Shown here: positions 1 to 7,984 of the stretch, piece by piece
How positions within the stretch are numbered: position 1 is the first letter of the stretch
Layout: each line of letters begins with the position of its first letter
Virus record (IMG/VR): IMGVR_UViG_3300048890_000087
Span: 1-45,842 of that record
Strand: one strand, 5' to 3'
Origin: a virus
Taxonomy: Duplodnaviria; Caudoviricetes
DNA length: 45,842 nucleotides
Program-made: the position numbers and the translations under genes
Notes under the pieces: generated by a model
Databases searched by the model: none
What the model was told of the DNA's origin: nothing
What the model saw: only the letters and a program-made list of their open reading frames with translations

Positions 1-55
1 GAGACAGGCCAAGTGCAACCGCGGCCTGCTCGCGCGTCAGTAACGCTTCACTCAT
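1..55 (-). CDS. Excisionase-like helix-turn-helix protein (HTH_17/MerR-like Xis), N-terminal part; runs off the window edge
   Basis: ATG at 55 overlaps the stop of 52..285 (ATGA) and reads MSEALLTREQAAVALGLS, the typical first helix of Xis-type HTH proteins; it continues at the other window end. Confidence 0.7.
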   Translation of the reverse strand, partial: MSEALLTREQAAVALGLS

Positions 56-285
56 ACTTTCCCTTTCGCCACGGCCACCGCAAGCGCCAGCAGAGCCGCG
101 CACAGCAGGCCGATCACAATCACCTTCAGATACCGGACTTCGTTTTTGAGCCGGACTTCATTCTCCCGGTGGACCGCGATCATAGCTTCCGCCGCCCGGG
201 CATCGAACGGAAGCGGCTGCTGGTCATCCATGGCGATGCCGGCGGCCACCAGCATGTCCCGATCGTTCTGCGTCCATCCGCTCAT
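52..285 (-). CDS. Small hypothetical protein with a C-terminal transmembrane helix
   Basis: 77-aa ORF coupled to both neighbours by ATGA overlaps; hydrophobic VIVIGLLCAALLALAVAVA. Confidence 0.7.
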   Translation of the reverse strand: MSGWTQNDRDMLVAAGIAMDDQQPLPFDARAAEAMIAVHRENEVRLKNEVRYLKVIVIGLLCAALLALAVAVAKGKV

Positions 286-725
286 GCTTCACATCCTGCC
301 AGCAGGTCCAGCTGGCCGCGCGCCCGGTCGCCCGAATGCAGCCAGCCGAACGCCCGCTCGTACTGCTCAATAAACCACTCGATATCATCCACGCCGGACC
401 ACACCACGCCACCACGCGCCCGCTCCCTCATCTGCCAGGCCTTCTGGTCGCAGGCCGTGCAGCGCTTGCGTGTGCCGCGGTTCTGGATACACCGGCACTG
501 CATCCGCGCCTTCGGTTTCTTGAGTTCGACCCAGAGAGCGAGCGCGCCGTTTTTGAGGTAGTAGAGAAAGAGGAAATCGGCCGTGCCCGGCTCGCAGGTG
601 GAGAACTGGCCGGGCACGATGGTGCGCTGCATCCGCACCGGACGCCAGCCGTGGTGCTCCATGAAGTCGCGAATCTGATTCGTGATGTCGGCCTCGACCA
701 GAGGCGCGGGCGTTGCAAACCTCAT
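282..725 (-). CDS. VRR-NUC family PD-(D/E)xK nuclease (putative Holliday-junction resolvase) with a Zn-finger-like insert
   Basis: E-x-D-I..QI at the N-terminus, PGTADFL, WVELK, Q..W; CRC...CTAC insert. Confidence 0.75.
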   Translation of the reverse strand: MRFATPAPLVEADITNQIRDFMEHHGWRPVRMQRTIVPGQFSTCEPGTADFLFLYYLKNGALALWVELKKPKARMQCRCIQNRGTRKRCTACDQKAWQMRERARGGVVWSGVDDIEWFIEQYERAFGWLHSGDRARGQLDLLAGCEA

Positions 726-871
726 GGATCAAGTCTGATCTTCTCTACTCTGTAACCAGGTGCGCCTTCTTCATCAAACTCTTTGCATGCTTCGATTTGC
801 TTCTCTTCGCTGCTGAATATTCCAAAGAGATGCCCACCGTCCTCATACACGAGCCAGACATATTCCGGCAT
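722..871 (-). CDS. Small hypothetical protein (49 aa, MPEYVWLVYEDGGHLFGIFSSEEK...)
   Basis: Hand-translated; exactly fills the gap with TAATG/ATGA overlaps; not in the ORF track. Confidence 0.65.
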   Translation of the reverse strand: MPEYVWLVYEDGGHLFGIFSSEEKQIEACKEFDEEGAPGYRVEKIRLDP

Positions 872-1353
872 TACTGCACCGCCGCCGTGGATTCGCCCTT
901 CGCCGGCTTCTTGTCAGCCAGCGGCAGTGTTTCCTGCTTGACGTAGCTAACCTTCATCGCGCCCTGATGCTCGCCGATGCGGCGGATATATTCATCCACC
1001 TGCGCTGCGACACCAGGCGCCGACGAGCGCACCACGAAGCGCAGTTCCCGCCGCTTCATTTCGTCCTTCTGGACGGTCGCCACCTTGAAGTCCTCGATGG
1101 ACGAGATATCGAACTGGAGTTCGTTCGCCTTCAGTTGCTTGTCGCCGGGCGTCAGAATCAGATGCGTGGCGAGTAGTGAGCCCTCGAGATTGGCGCTCGA
1201 GACGCTGTGGCCGGGATCTTCCCAATCCATTTCAACCATGACCGGCTCGGTGAATTCAGCCGTCATGTGGATCCGAACGAAGGCGCCGCCCTCTTCCTGC
1301 CGACCGTCAAAGTAGCGGACCCAACATCCGCGGAACGTGATGCTCTCTGCCAT
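871..1353 (-). CDS. Hypothetical phage protein
   Basis: ORF 871..1392 in the track; ATG at 1353 (MAESITF) preferred because it follows the upstream stop at 1368. Confidence 0.7.
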   Translation of the reverse strand: MAESITFRGCWVRYFDGRQEEGGAFVRIHMTAEFTEPVMVEMDWEDPGHSVSSANLEGSLLATHLILTPGDKQLKANELQFDISSIEDFKVATVQKDEMKRRELRFVVRSSAPGVAAQVDEYIRRIGEHQGAMKVSYVKQETLPLADKKPAKGESTAAVQ

Positions 1354-1367
1354 TGCTGCCTGCTTTC

Positions 1368-1544
1368 TTAAAATGGAATCCAGTTCCTGCAAAGTCGGTT
1401 TGGGCAGCAGCTACGGTCGTAGATGACCGGGCACTGATACCCGCCGCTGGTTCTGCATGGGCCGCCGCAGGCTGAGCACCGGTGAGATGAAGCGAGCTTG
1501 CGCCCGCTCCATGCACCCGCCAGGCGTGCGACCAGTTGCTTCAT
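1368..1544 (-). CDS. Small Cys-rich (Zn-finger-like) protein, 58 aa
   Basis: Hand-translated MKQLVARLAGAWSGRKLASSHRCSACGGPC...CCPNRLCRNWIPF; ATGA overlap with the upstream gene. Confidence 0.55.
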   Translation of the reverse strand: MKQLVARLAGAWSGRKLASSHRCSACGGPCRTSGGYQCPVIYDRSCCPNRLCRNWIPF

Positions 1545-2071
1545 TTCCGCACCAGCGTCTGCTTGCCCATCGACAGGTCCGCACCGTCAACATCCCGGCC
1601 CTCGTCGATCGCCTTCTTGATCGCCCGCTTGTCCACCGTGATCGACACCGTCGTCCGCTTGAACTCATCCGGTACTGCCGCCTCATCCGTGATCACCACC
1701 GACGGCGGCGCCGCGCGCAGCATGAACGTCGCGGTATGCCCCTCGAGCTTCTTCAACTCGTACCGCTCCATCACATCCTGCGTATACTTCCGGACCCGCT
1801 CTTCGCGGGTTTCCCATAATGCCTGACGCTGGCGCAGCCGCTCAATCTCGGCTTTCGCCGCGGCCTGCTGTGCCTCGCATTGCGCCAGATACCCGGCCAC
1901 CGCGTCAACCTTTCTGACTTCCGCCTCGAGGTACCGGGCGATATCCGCCTCGGCCTCCTTCTTCATCTCAGGCGAGTCGATCATTTCGAGCGTGTCGAAC
2001 AGCGCCTGCAGGTGGTCGGTGAGTTCGATCAGCGTCCCGCTGGGGATGATTTCAGTCACAGCGCTCGCCAT
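1541..2071 (-). CDS. Siphovirus Gp157-family protein (Mu Gam-like host-nuclease inhibitor)
   Basis: Coiled-coil N-terminus and the characteristic C-terminus PPSVVITDEAAVPDEF...VDKRAIKKAIDEGRDVDGA; next to a recombinase-like gene. Confidence 0.85.
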   Translation of the reverse strand: MASAVTEIIPSGTLIELTDHLQALFDTLEMIDSPEMKKEAEADIARYLEAEVRKVDAVAGYLAQCEAQQAAAKAEIERLRQRQALWETREERVRKYTQDVMERYELKKLEGHTATFMLRAAPPSVVITDEAAVPDEFKRTTVSITVDKRAIKKAIDEGRDVDGADLSMGKQTLVRK

Positions 2072-3348
2072 TAGTTTGTTGCCTCCGCGAAGTCCGGAAT
2101 GTCGGCGTCGCTGATGCCGAGATCCTCTTTGCCTCCGCGATCACGAACGTTCTGTGCGGCACGTATTGCCTCGAGCATCTCGAGCGCAGCCATGCGTGCC
2201 GGCTTCGTCGATTTGAACTGATTGGCGTGCTCGACGCCCTGTTTGCCCAGCGCGCCGTAATAGAAGCGCTCGCCGGGATCGTCGCCGAACAGGGATTTCA
2301 GGTTCTTTTTGAGATTCTCGAAGACCTTCAGAGTGCTTTTGATATCCGTCATCTGAGCGAACATCTTCTGCGCATCGGCATCAGCGTGAACGATGACCTG
2401 CTCTTTCGGCGGTTCATTGATGGCCTGCTTGACTGCCTCGGGCACAGCAGCCTTTCTCATCTCGGCGATTTTGCGTTCTGCCACATGGTTCGCTGCGGCC
2501 TGCGTCCCGACCGGGTGCCCACCGGTATCGATCGGCTTCGCGGGCGCCGATGCAGTATATGTATCGATCGTATCCAGATCCTCGACGTCCTGCGTGTAGT
2601 ATTCGCTCGCATTGCACCCGATCAGCGTGGCTGCGATGAATGCCCGCTTCTGCGCCATCTTCTGGATCGTGTTGATCTGATCGCAGACGTCCGGATTCGG
2701 GATCCGATAGACGGTCATGTCGATTGTCCAGGTGGGACGCATCCCGCCATTCGACACTGCCTTCTCGCTTTTTGTGGCGGTACCGGCCTCGATCGCATCC
2801 CTGAAGGATTTCCAGTATTGCGCCGGCTTGCCGTATTTGCCCGATGTCTCGGCCTTGTCGATCGCGAATTCGAACTCGGTCACGCGTCCGCCGCGGGACT
2901 CGCACCGGTCTTTGTTCATGCCCGGCGGCAGGTTGTTCTCATTGACCCAGCGGTACCGATACTTCGATTCCCGGCTGTTGCAGCTGCCGTCGCCTTCGCC
3001 GAGCAGGATATCCCCGCGGTACAGCTGGCACTTGTACGAGTAATAGAACATCGGCTCGTCGCCGTCCCACTTCTCAACCTTGTCGACGATCGAGAATTTG
3101 GGTGAGAGCCCGAAGAAGTTGCAGAGCTTTTCGGCGCCCGGCTTCAGCAGTGTGGGCTTATCGGTGCCCGGCACTTTGCCGAAGTCTTTCCCCTCCGTCA
3201 TAATCTGACGGGTGAATTCAACCAGCGCGTTGTAGCGTTCGACTGCCCGGCCGATCGACATCATCGGCATGAATGCATCTTCGCGAGTAATTACCTGCAC
3301 GCTCTGTGGCGGTACGATGCGCGCCACTTCCTGTCCGTTTGTACCCAT
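2071..3348 (-). CDS. Putative single-strand annealing/recombination protein
   Basis: Motifs KPTLLKPGAEKL, GEGDGSCNSRE, NTIQKMAQKRAFIAA..., YTQDVED; acidic DIPDF tail like an SSB C-terminus; early-operon context. Confidence 0.6.
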   Translation of the reverse strand: MGTNGQEVARIVPPQSVQVITREDAFMPMMSIGRAVERYNALVEFTRQIMTEGKDFGKVPGTDKPTLLKPGAEKLCNFFGLSPKFSIVDKVEKWDGDEPMFYYSYKCQLYRGDILLGEGDGSCNSRESKYRYRWVNENNLPPGMNKDRCESRGGRVTEFEFAIDKAETSGKYGKPAQYWKSFRDAIEAGTATKSEKAVSNGGMRPTWTIDMTVYRIPNPDVCDQINTIQKMAQKRAFIAATLIGCNASEYYTQDVEDLDTIDTYTASAPAKPIDTGGHPVGTQAAANHVAERKIAEMRKAAVPEAVKQAINEPPKEQVIVHADADAQKMFAQMTDIKSTLKVFENLKKNLKSLFGDDPGERFYYGALGKQGVEHANQFKSTKPARMAALEMLEAIRAAQNVRDRGGKEDLGISDADIPDFAEATN

Positions 3349-3369
3349 GGTTTCCTCCGTGAACTCCGT

Positions 3370-3519
3370 CTATTTGTTGCGCATCGCGAAGCCGGCGACC
3401 AGCAGCCAGGCGATTGAAATACAGCCCCACACGTATGTTGCGGATTGCGCCAGCCCGGCGCCGAAGGCTGTCATGGTCTGGTGCAGGCCGTCAGCCAGCA
3501 GTTGTGGGATCACCATCAT
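3370..3519 (-). CDS. Small membrane protein (49 aa)
   Basis: Hand-translated MMVIPQLLADGLHQ...WGCISIAWLLVAGFAMRNK; ATGA overlap. Confidence 0.55.
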   Translation of the reverse strand: MMVIPQLLADGLHQTMTAFGAGLAQSATYVWGCISIAWLLVAGFAMRNK

Positions 3520-3755
3520 GCCCGGCCGCCTTCCGCCTCAATCAGCGCGTCGGCAGCCTGATCGATCCGCATCTTGTTCATCCATGCCATACAGCCCCGG
3601 CACGCACACCCCGCAATCCCGATGGTGTAGTCATCCGCCATGCGCCGCTTGTAGTGGCGCACGCTCATCATGCCGGCCGCGCTGATCGGTAGCCTCCGAT
3701 ACGGAACCGATTTGACGATTCCCGCGTTTCGCCGCAAACTGGCCGATTGAGTCAT
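3516..3755 (-). CDS. Hypothetical protein (CACRGC motif)
   Basis: ORF in track; ATG at 3755 overlaps the upstream stop. Confidence 0.55.
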   Translation of the reverse strand: MTQSASLRRNAGIVKSVPYRRLPISAAGMMSVRHYKRRMADDYTIGIAGCACRGCMAWMNKMRIDQAADALIEAEGGRA

Positions 3756-3913
3756 TTCGCTGCCTCCGGACAATGCTTCTCGATGATGGCGGCAATCTCG
3801 TCATCCGATGGTTCGTCGATCAGGTCAACGGCGCCAACAGGCAACCGGGAGACCCGTTCATGCCATACGGTGTTGACCTCGACAGCCGCCCGCTGTGCCC
3901 AGACGAAGGCCAT
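3752..3913 (-). CDS. Small hypothetical protein
   Basis: ATG at 3913 directly after the stop of the RHH gene; reads MAFVWAQRAAVEV... Confidence 0.5.
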   Translation of the reverse strand: MAFVWAQRAAVEVNTVWHERVSRLPVGAVDLIDEPSDDEIAAIIEKHCPEAAK

Positions 3914-3914
3914 A

Positions 3915-4139
3915 TTATGCGGCCCTGCTTTCGCCGGCAGCAAGGAACTTCTCGATGATTTCAATGCTGACGTCCTGAATCTTGATCCGATGCTCAACAC
4001 AGTAGATTTTGAATCTTCGATAGAGGCCATCGGGCACCCGCAGATTGATGCCGCGCCATTCAATTTCCGTTGCTACTGGCAGGGTCCGCGCCTGGCGTGC
4101 AGCGGCTACAGTTTTGGATTCGGTGCTAGACTGGCTCAT
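3915..4139 (-). CDS. Ribbon-helix-helix DNA-binding protein (Arc/CopG/ParG-like), probable Cro-like lytic regulator
   Basis: GINLRVPDGLYRRFKIYCVEHRIKIQDVSIEIIEKFL fits the RHH pattern; first gene of the leftward operon. Confidence 0.75.
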   Translation of the reverse strand: MSQSSTESKTVAAARQARTLPVATEIEWRGINLRVPDGLYRRFKIYCVEHRIKIQDVSIEIIEKFLAAGESRAA

Positions 4140-4247
4140 AATGTAGGTTTTCCTGTGTGGTGATGCAAGTATGGAATACTTTCCAAGAAAAGCAAAGAGC
4201 ACAATCTTAGAAACTTTTATCGCAAGTATAAAACCTAACACATCCCC
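4140..4247. promoter_or_regulatory. AT-rich divergent promoter/operator region (genetic switch)
   Basis: Inverted repeats AAGTAT-GGA-ATACTT (4167-4181) and TTTTAT-N7-ATAAAA (4215-4233); GCAAGTAT occurs twice; lies between divergent RHH genes. Confidence 0.65.
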
Positions 4248-4745
4248 ATGGCACGCGAACCTATAGCCGTACGAATTGAGAAGGATCTTCATCAGAAGGT
4301 CAAGAGCGCAGCGCCGCTCCGCGGGACCAATCTCGAAGGCGCGTACGATGAAGCCCTGCGTAATTGGTTAGAAGAAAAGGCGAAGGAACCAGGCCAAGTC
4401 CTGGCCGAAGAAGTACAAGCAATGAAGTATTATTCTGAAAGCGTCACTGTAGCGGTAAATCAAGTTGCGCATTCTGCCGATTTACTGGCAAATGCAATTG
4501 CGTGCCTCGAAAAAGCGCTGAGTGATGCCAGAGGAAAACGTGCACTTGCTGAACTCCAGTCGATTCCGGTTATTGAAGATGGAACCCCGATCGAGCGTGC
4601 CGCAGAACGGGTCGTCCGAGCACGCGAAGCAGCTGAAGCCGATCGAGGAGATTATGCGGACGCCACCGACAGACTGGCGAATGATAGAGCCGCTGCGCGC
4701 GCTAAGAAACCAGATCATCGAAGACCATCTCGCGGGGCGGCTTGA
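4248..4745 (+). CDS. RHH-domain protein with a helical C-terminal extension, probable immunity repressor
   Basis: EPIAVRIEKDLHQKVKSAAPLRGTNLEGAYDEALRNWL fits the RHH pattern; divergent from the lytic operon. Confidence 0.7.
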   Translation: MAREPIAVRIEKDLHQKVKSAAPLRGTNLEGAYDEALRNWLEEKAKEPGQVLAEEVQAMKYYSESVTVAVNQVAHSADLLANAIACLEKALSDARGKRALAELQSIPVIEDGTPIERAAERVVRAREAAEADRGDYADATDRLANDRAAARAKKPDHRRPSRGAA

Positions 4746-4953
4746 CTGCTGTGGGCACAACATCAAGATCGTCGACAAAATCAAATATGGCACTGTCGTC
4801 AAAACTCTCTTTATCGACGGCAAGGTCAACGGATGGTACGACGAATCTGGTCGATCGGTTTGCGAAAGCATGGGACGAAATGAAGGCGCCCATCGCGAAG
4901 ACAGCCGCCCTCCGGAACGAGATCGTCGAGGCGTGGTTGACAGGACGGCTTGA
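4654..4953 (+). CDS. Hypothetical protein, paralog A of a tandem pair
   Basis: GAGGAG before ATG 4654; LRNQIIEDHLAGRLD...KTLFIDGKVNG is homologous to the next ORF. Confidence 0.5.
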   Translation: MRTPPTDWRMIEPLRALRNQIIEDHLAGRLDCCGHNIKIVDKIKYGTVVKTLFIDGKVNGWYDESGRSVCESMGRNEGAHREDSRPPERDRRGVVDRTA

Positions 4954-5053
4954 CGCCGGCCACCATCTCGTCAGAGTGACATCGCGGCGCTGCGGTGGTG
5001 AAATCCGCAAAACGCTGTGGATTGACGGCAAAATCAACGGCCAGATTGGCTGA
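4880..5053 (+). CDS. Hypothetical protein, paralog B of a tandem pair (start uncertain; frame open from 4742)
   Basis: LRNEIVEAWLTGRLD...KTLWIDGKING. Confidence 0.5.
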   Translation: MKAPIAKTAALRNEIVEAWLTGRLDAGHHLVRVTSRRCGGEIRKTLWIDGKINGQIG

Positions 5054-5069
5054 AAGCCTGGACGTCGGC

Positions 5070-5099
5070 TTGCAGCCATTTCCGGCAAATGGCTACAAT
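5070..5099 (+). promoter_or_regulatory. Putative sigma70 promoter with an internal palindrome
   Basis: TTGCAG-N18-TACAAT; AGCCATTT-CCGGC-AAATGGCT spans the spacer. Confidence 0.4.
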
Positions 5100-5151
5100 T
5101 TCCATTAAAAGCGCTATTTCGCGGTCGCAATTGTCAACCACAGGTGACACT

Positions 5152-5607
5152 TTGGCGCTGAAGGCGTCCACTGCTGTATACACCGGGCCGTCAGCGAACG
5201 TTGACCTGCTGCGGTATTTTGTGGTCGCGCTGGTCTCCACGTTGCTTCTGACCGGCTGCGGCACTTCAGCGGAAGACAAGGCCAAAATCCGGTTGGCGGT
5301 TTCCGCAGTCAGACGGGCGGTTGATGCCAATGAGATGTCCAAGGGTGCGATGGAGGAGCGCCTGGCCGAGGCCGAGCGCGCCATCGATGCGGTTCCCGAC
5401 GGAGAAGCGCGGACGGCAATAGTCGACTGTGAGCGTTTGCTCTGGCACTACAAAATGGCGCGATCCGTCGTCTGGATAGCAACCCGCGCGAATTTGTACA
5501 ACATGAGCGCGGAAGCCGCATATGCGGCAGCTGAGCGCAAGCATCCAGTGCCGGATTATGAGCCTATTGCGGCATGCCTGGCGAGGCTCGATCTTCTGGC
5601 CCCGTGA
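5152..5607 (+). CDS. Lipoprotein (possible superinfection-exclusion moron); start uncertain
   Basis: RYFVVALVSTLLLTG-C lipobox; in-frame TTG at 5152 with AGGTG upstream. Confidence 0.65.
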   Translation: MALKASTAVYTGPSANVDLLRYFVVALVSTLLLTGCGTSAEDKAKIRLAVSAVRRAVDANEMSKGAMEERLAEAERAIDAVPDGEARTAIVDCERLLWHYKMARSVVWIATRANLYNMSAEAAYAAAERKHPVPDYEPIAACLARLDLLAP

Positions 5608-5641
5608 GCCGGGCGCGACGGTGGCTGATAAGGAATAAGAC

Positions 5642-5788
5642 ATGCTATGCCTGATCGCTCTTTTCTTTGCTGAGGTAGCAGCGTTTTTTCGCTGGGAGCC
5701 GACAGGCTCACGCGACAGAATGGCTGAGCAACAAAGCAATACCTATGCCGGTGACGACATCGACCCGCGCGATTACAGCGGATTCTAA
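5642..5788 (+). CDS. Small hypothetical protein (48 aa, hydrophobic N-terminus)
   Basis: AAGGA upstream; reads MLCLIALFFAEVAAFFRWEP... Confidence 0.4.
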   Translation: MLCLIALFFAEVAAFFRWEPTGSRDRMAEQQSNTYAGDDIDPRDYSGF

Positions 5789-5820
5789 GCCGCGAACTGT
5801 GCCATCTTCTGACTCCATGA

Positions 5821-6834
5821 TTACGACACGAAGCCGTAATTCGACACGCCCCCGCTCGCCGGTGCGACGACCGTGATCGAAAAGTTCTGCGATCCGGTAT
5901 AACCATTTGCATCGGTCACGCCTATCGTGAACGTCGACGTCGCGACCACTGTCGGAGTCCCGCTGATCAGGCCAGACGAGCCGGTGAGCGACAGCCCGGT
6001 CGGCAGCGAGCCACCTATTACTGCATACGTATAGGGGCTCGTGCCGCCTTGAGCCGTGATCGTCTCTGTGTAAGCGATGCCGGTCGTCCCGCCCTGAAGC
6101 ACGGCTGCGACCGGTACCGGGCTCGCGAAGCCCGGCGCATTGGAGTCCCGGCTGGCTGCTCGCACGATCTGATGGCGCGCGGTTTTATCGGCGTCCGTGA
6201 TCGGCGCGTCGATGAAAACAGTCAGCGGAGCGAGCGTTATGCTGTCGGTGCCATCGCTTTGAAGGTGATAGAGCGCCCACAGCCCGGTCTCATTTCCCAC
6301 GTATGGCACCGTCGGCACAGTGTAAGATCCGGAGTACTTCTGAATGAACCAGATCGCCACTTCATCAATCGAACCGGTCCATGCGAATGTCGTTGACTGG
6401 AATCTGCCGACAAGCATGCTCGTTGCGAGTCCGGTGTTGAATGTAATTGCAATCGACGCGCCAGCCGATCCATCTACGAAAGTGAGCATACTCGTGGCCG
6501 TGAAAACCACCGCGCAATGATGCCAGGCGCCACCCGATATTGCTATTCCGGAATCGAGCGTCCCGCCGCCGTTGTAGGAGCATCCAAAGTGCCCGTTTGC
6601 GAGCACACCCATCCATGTGGCGTTAGCAGAAAGGCACAGCGCGACTTTTATCGCAGCGCTCGTTACATTGAGCCATGCTTCCCATGTAAGGCCTGGAAGT
6701 AGTCCGGCCGGAGATGTGCCCGACGGAAGGGTGATGTAATTGGCATCCGTCGTCGCGGTCAGACCATTCGAGAATTTGGCCGCGCCGAAGGTTGGTGTGC
6801 CGACAACCGTGCCGGTGTGTGTTTGCCATGGCAT
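5821..6834 (-). CDS. LamG/concanavalin-like plus putative Ig (He_PIG) domain virion protein (tail tip/adhesin)
   Basis: LTWEAW...GAWHHCAVVF...FVDG...GSIDEVAIW (LamG); GGTSPYTY...LPTGLSL..SGLISGTPT...FTIGVTD (He_PIG). Confidence 0.8.
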   Translation of the reverse strand: MPWQTHTGTVVGTPTFGAAKFSNGLTATTDANYITLPSGTSPAGLLPGLTWEAWLNVTSAAIKVALCLSANATWMGVLANGHFGCSYNGGGTLDSGIAISGGAWHHCAVVFTATSMLTFVDGSAGASIAITFNTGLATSMLVGRFQSTTFAWTGSIDEVAIWFIQKYSGSYTVPTVPYVGNETGLWALYHLQSDGTDSITLAPLTVFIDAPITDADKTARHQIVRAASRDSNAPGFASPVPVAAVLQGGTTGIAYTETITAQGGTSPYTYAVIGGSLPTGLSLTGSSGLISGTPTVVATSTFTIGVTDANGYTGSQNFSITVVAPASGGVSNYGFVS

Positions 6835-7973
6835 TAGTCGTATCTCATGCAGAGCGCGTACAATCCGGACGATGTATTGAGCAGCGGTCCGGCGGATCCG
6901 AACGTGTTCAGTCCCGCGGCTTTGCCCGGCATGTAGGTCCGGACGTTTCCGTAGACGGTCGCCGTGAACGTCACGCCATCAGCCAGATCAGCACCGAAGA
7001 CGACGCCAACACCGGTGCATGGATAGTCGAAATAACCAATCGCGGGCGAGCACGTGTCGAACGGGATCGACCCATTGAACGCGCTCGAGACTGGTGTGTA
7101 GGAGTTGGCGTTCACGACGCGGCAGACCCACTGGCCGAGCGTGTTCGAGAATGATTGCGTGGCGCCCGTACCGAAGACAAGCGTCTGCTGGCTGACGCGA
7201 TTTGAGCCGCCCACTGTCCATAGCGTGACGTAAGTTCCAGTGTAAGAGCCGACTGAATTGACAGAACGCTCGATCCCGAAATACCACTGGCCGAGATTGG
7301 TCGGCGAGTTGCGCCACATCATGACGCCGATGCGGCCCGCGGCGCCTGAAAAGTCGCATTCGTACTGTGTGACGGCGCTCGCCGGTGTGAAGCCGTTCGG
7401 GCAGACCGACGTCAGCCCAATCGTAATTCCTGAATTGATCGTGCCCGCGCCGTCTGTCGTCGTGCCTACGGTTAGCCTGGCGTTCGGCGAATTCGTGCCG
7501 GACGTGTTGCCCATTTCGAGCTTCACATAAAAGACTGTCAATCCGTCGTTCGGCTGCCAGATCTCGTAAAAGTAAGCGCTCGAGCCGGGCGCCACGGTCG
7601 CTTTCGTCACGACGCCGGTCTGTGCGGCCGCATTGACACCCGCGGCATTTATGACCGTGAACGTGCCGCTCGTTGTGCCGCTCACGCCGGTCACGACGAA
7701 CGTGCCATTATTCCCGGCGTTTCCCATGCCGGTGATGGTCAGTGCCCTTCCGGTTGTCAGCGCAAGCCCGGTAAGCGTGTTGAACGTATAAGTCGCCGTC
7801 GTGCCGCTCATCGAGACTGCGGTGAGGTTCATCCCCGACCACATGACCTGCCCGGTGTCGGCCGATTGAATCCATGTGAAGCTCTGGAAAGCCGCGGAAA
7901 TAGCGCTTGCCCATTGCGCATAGTTCGCGAATGTCGAACTGTCGCTGACAAGCTGAGATTGAATCGTCGACAT
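6834..7973 (-). CDS. Putative tail fibre/receptor-binding or minor tail protein
   Basis: Gly/Ser/Thr-rich beta protein at the end of the tail module. Confidence 0.55.
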   Translation of the reverse strand: MSTIQSQLVSDSSTFANYAQWASAISAAFQSFTWIQSADTGQVMWSGMNLTAVSMSGTTATYTFNTLTGLALTTGRALTITGMGNAGNNGTFVVTGVSGTTSGTFTVINAAGVNAAAQTGVVTKATVAPGSSAYFYEIWQPNDGLTVFYVKLEMGNTSGTNSPNARLTVGTTTDGAGTINSGITIGLTSVCPNGFTPASAVTQYECDFSGAAGRIGVMMWRNSPTNLGQWYFGIERSVNSVGSYTGTYVTLWTVGGSNRVSQQTLVFGTGATQSFSNTLGQWVCRVVNANSYTPVSSAFNGSIPFDTCSPAIGYFDYPCTGVGVVFGADLADGVTFTATVYGNVRTYMPGKAAGLNTFGSAGPLLNTSSGLYALCMRYD

Positions 7974-7984
7974 AAGAAAGCCCT

